64,000 nt of DNA. Source: Raillietiella orientalis. Its lineage: Eukaryota. Every line of letters begins with the position of its first letter. Positions within the stretch are counted from its first letter, which is position 1. The notes under the pieces are model-generated. The model did not search any database, was not told where the DNA came from, and was given only the letters and a program-made list of their open reading frames with translations. The stretch lies in NCBI GenBank assembly GCA_036172245.1, contig JAYWIR010000040.1, positions 1,302,001-1,366,000 of the forward strand. Reading direction: 5' to 3'. Shown here in pieces: positions 61,201 to 64,000 of the stretch. Position numbers and translations under genes: made by a program.

Positions 61201-62922
61201 TACAGCTAAAAAAGATGAAGAGAGGAAGAGCTGTATGCAGGAAGAAGACTCACATATGTTAACAGAATCATTGCCTGATAAAGAAAAATTGCCTTATGCT
61301 GCTGTAAAAGATTCTCCAGCAAATAGTCCTCAGGCTCCCAAGAACCATATGGATTTAGAAGGTGACCATGTAGATCAAGAGGAGCATATGGATAAGCAGG
61401 CAGTACAAGAACCTGTTCAGGCATCTATGATTGTGGACAACGGAAATGGACCATCATCTGTTGATCAGCTGGTGGTAGAAGATGTGACGTTGCTCACTGA
61501 ACTGTTTTGTCTACCCCATGAATATGGACCTCAAGGATTGCTGTTATTACATGAGTTCAATTGGCTAAAAGTAAACGCATTTGTTCTCCAGGAACATCAG
61601 AATAGAGAAGAAAGCTTACCTGAGGTCAGTGTTTGTGAGAACAGTAACTTAATTAAGAAATGCCAGGTGGAGGAATGGTGGCAGAGAGCAGAATCTTTGT
61701 TTGCTCTATCAAAGTCCTTGACTGTTTTGTTTCAACGCTTGCTGCATATTCCAAATCACTGTCTACTTTATGATCTTTACCCTTATGTATGGGATCTGCA
61801 TGGAGTTTTATCTATTGCATGTGCTTACATCCAATGGCTGGGTAAGTACATGTAGTCTCCCATTATGGTCTTCATGTCTTTATGTAGGCAAGTGCCATAA
61901 GCTGACCAAGGACAATGTGACTTATGTCACTGGCCATCGCACCTGTATGTTGAGTTGGGAATGAAACACTGGCGAGTGCTTACGTTTGTTTCAGGGTCAT
62001 CAAAAAGTTGGAAAGATTCCTTTACGTCTGGGGATCAGGAACCTTGGGTGTTCATAGGTGGACTCACTGGGGAACTGCAGGTTTGCCATTTTGCAGGGTG
62101 TTTTCTATTAAGAACGATTTTCTGTAGCGGCTTCTACCCATCGATTCGTCCAATGACTTATTTGTTTACAAAACCCCAGAGCGTCCTTTGACGAAATTAT
62201 ATTCAGTGCGTGCTTATGAACCTTCAGACCTCACAGCTTTATATTCCATTTGTAAAATAGCATCTCCTAATGATCATTTAGAGTCTGTGCATAATGATCT
62301 GCATCCTGATAAGTAAGGGTTGCTAATGGTGGCTCCAGTGAAAATTGTTTTTAGATTGCTTGGTGGTTTTTTATGCCTTTGCCCTGAGGGCTGTTTTGTT
62401 GTAGCAGAAGAAGGTACAGGGGAACTTATGGGTTACTGTATTGCAGCTACACCCATCAAAACTTTTTATGATCAGCTGAGGTCAGTCTGGAAGCCACAGC
62501 TACTGGGAAAGTATTCGAGCTTAGAGAATGCTGGTGATGTAAGTATGGAAGCAGTACCACAGTATGGCCCTTTATGGGTTTTTAGGAATTGAGCAGCATC
62601 CTCCAAGGTGATATCCTCGAACCTCCATGTTCTGTTACTACTCAGTATACATCTGAATTACAGTTGGCCATGTTGCCAACTATCTCTGATGCATCATGGA
62701 CCAAGCGTTTGTTGACATGCACACTAGCAGCATTACGTACTCAGGGTTTGTTTTCCCTTATGTAGAGTCATCATCAAAGTTGTAATTGTAGGATCATTTG
62801 GTGCTTATGTCAAATGTTCCACCAGTGATGCAGCATACATTGAATTCTACAATAAGCTGGGATTTTTGGAGATTAGTCCAGCTGTAACTCCAGGAACTGC
62901 ATATTTAGGAAGAACGTTTTAG
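58228..62922 (+). CDS. OGA: O-GlcNAcase (GH84 catalytic domain, stalk, C-terminal HAT-like domain)
   Basis: 15 phase-consistent GT-AG exons: 58228-58309, 58362-58413, 59760-59988, 60039-60306, 60349-60624, 60698-60873, 60925-60999, 61052(or 61037)-61624, 61667-61841, 61888-61944, 61995-62080, 62128-62312, 62355-62538, 62586-62745, 62792-62922. Motifs: [19 protein letters not shown], catalytic [43 protein letters not shown], terminal LGRTF. AATAAA at 62935 and 62995. Confidence 0.97.
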
Positions 62923-64000
62923 GGTTTAATGGTGAATAAATTTTGTGATGATGCAGACACTTTCTGCCCAAAATGCTTGCCCAATTTACTTCCCAATAAA
63001 ATTTGTTAAACGGTTTACATATGAAATATTAAGCAAAAAAAATTCAGGTGTTTCATTTTATAATATTCTGCGTAGATCTTAAGATTTCCAGTTATTGTTT
63101 TTCGTTGGTGGGAATCGTACCCTATTTGCAAGTGTGCACATCCGTTTGATGTTCCTAGATGCCGAATCACGGCTAGCGCCAATGAAAAAGCACTGTTTTT
63201 AAAAATGAAAACGGCATTTAGAAAGGATATGAAGTTCTCAAATCAGTACGAAACAACAGTGTTTAAAGCCTGGATAGAAACATGGTTCATATAGGAAAGC
63301 CAGGAAGAAAAAAACATAAACACCGTACCATTCATACAGATCTGCATTTCTAAGGCACTCCGTGGATGAGTGAATGCATACTTTGTAAGTAATTCAGTCA
63401 TCGCTATACCATAATTTCAGGGAATCGAGTTTTTTCAAGTGTACGAATCTTTTCTTGAGAATATGATCGTTTGGCCTTTTTTCTTTTTTTGTGGTTTTAT
63501 TTGCAACCTAATCAGTCATATGACGTTCTCATCTGAAGGTGCTCATCTGCAAAATTTCCATGTAGGACTGGACAAGAATTGCGAACTGATTTTTTGCAAG
63601 AGATACATACTTTACATCCAGAAATTTGACGAAGCCATGTCTAATCTTGAATCGAATCGAATCTAAGTCTTTAATCTTATGACTACGTCCCTTTTGGTAA
63701 CCTGGACTGGGAGTAAGCAATAAAAAAGCAAGGAAGCAGTCAGTCTCTTTAACACCCAGCATCACCACCATTTCATCATGCAACCTCGACATCGAGAAAT
63801 CTGAATTACAACGTAACCATCCTTCAAATTAAGATCGTGGTGACCTTACACGCTTTGCCTACTATCATTGCAGCTTTTTTAGCTTGTCTACTATCATAGT
63901 AGGCAAAGCGGTTAAGAAGGGAAAAGAAAAAACTGCACATTCCACTGATAAGTGTAAAGGTCCAAATAGTTGGCACCAAAAATCCGGACACCAAAACGAC

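Noticed and set aside
1..64000. CRISPR arrays, operons, rRNA or other prokaryotic systems
   Set aside because: Spliceosomal genes occur throughout; no regularly spaced repeat-spacer array or rRNA-like sequence was seen.

Overview
Eukaryotic (invertebrate animal, probably arthropod-like) genomic DNA; the species cannot be determined from the sequence. The window has two compartments. (1) About 1-29 kb is GC/CpG-rich. It holds a multi-exon coiled-coil gene on the minus strand whose introns contain a tRNA-derived SINE family, a LINE relic, a decayed gag + Penelope-like RT element, perfect hairpins and an RFX X-box cluster. From ~29 to 41 kb there is a transition zone of LINE 3' fragments. (2) About 41-64 kb is AT-rich and holds three compact genes: ZNF593/Bud20 (+), a C-terminally shortened homologue of the meiotic telomere protein TERB1 (-, with a GC-AG intron), and O-GlcNAcase OGA/MGEA5 (+, 15 coding exons). 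Most introns in TERB1 and OGA are 42-52 nt. Most ORFs in the supplied track over the GC-rich half are spurious. Best leads: the TERB1 homologue with no visible MYB tail; the gag-zinc-knuckle + Penelope-type RT relic; and a ~320-bp, ~99% identical inverted repeat bracketing six exons. All protein comparisons were made by eye against remembered sequences, not by database search.
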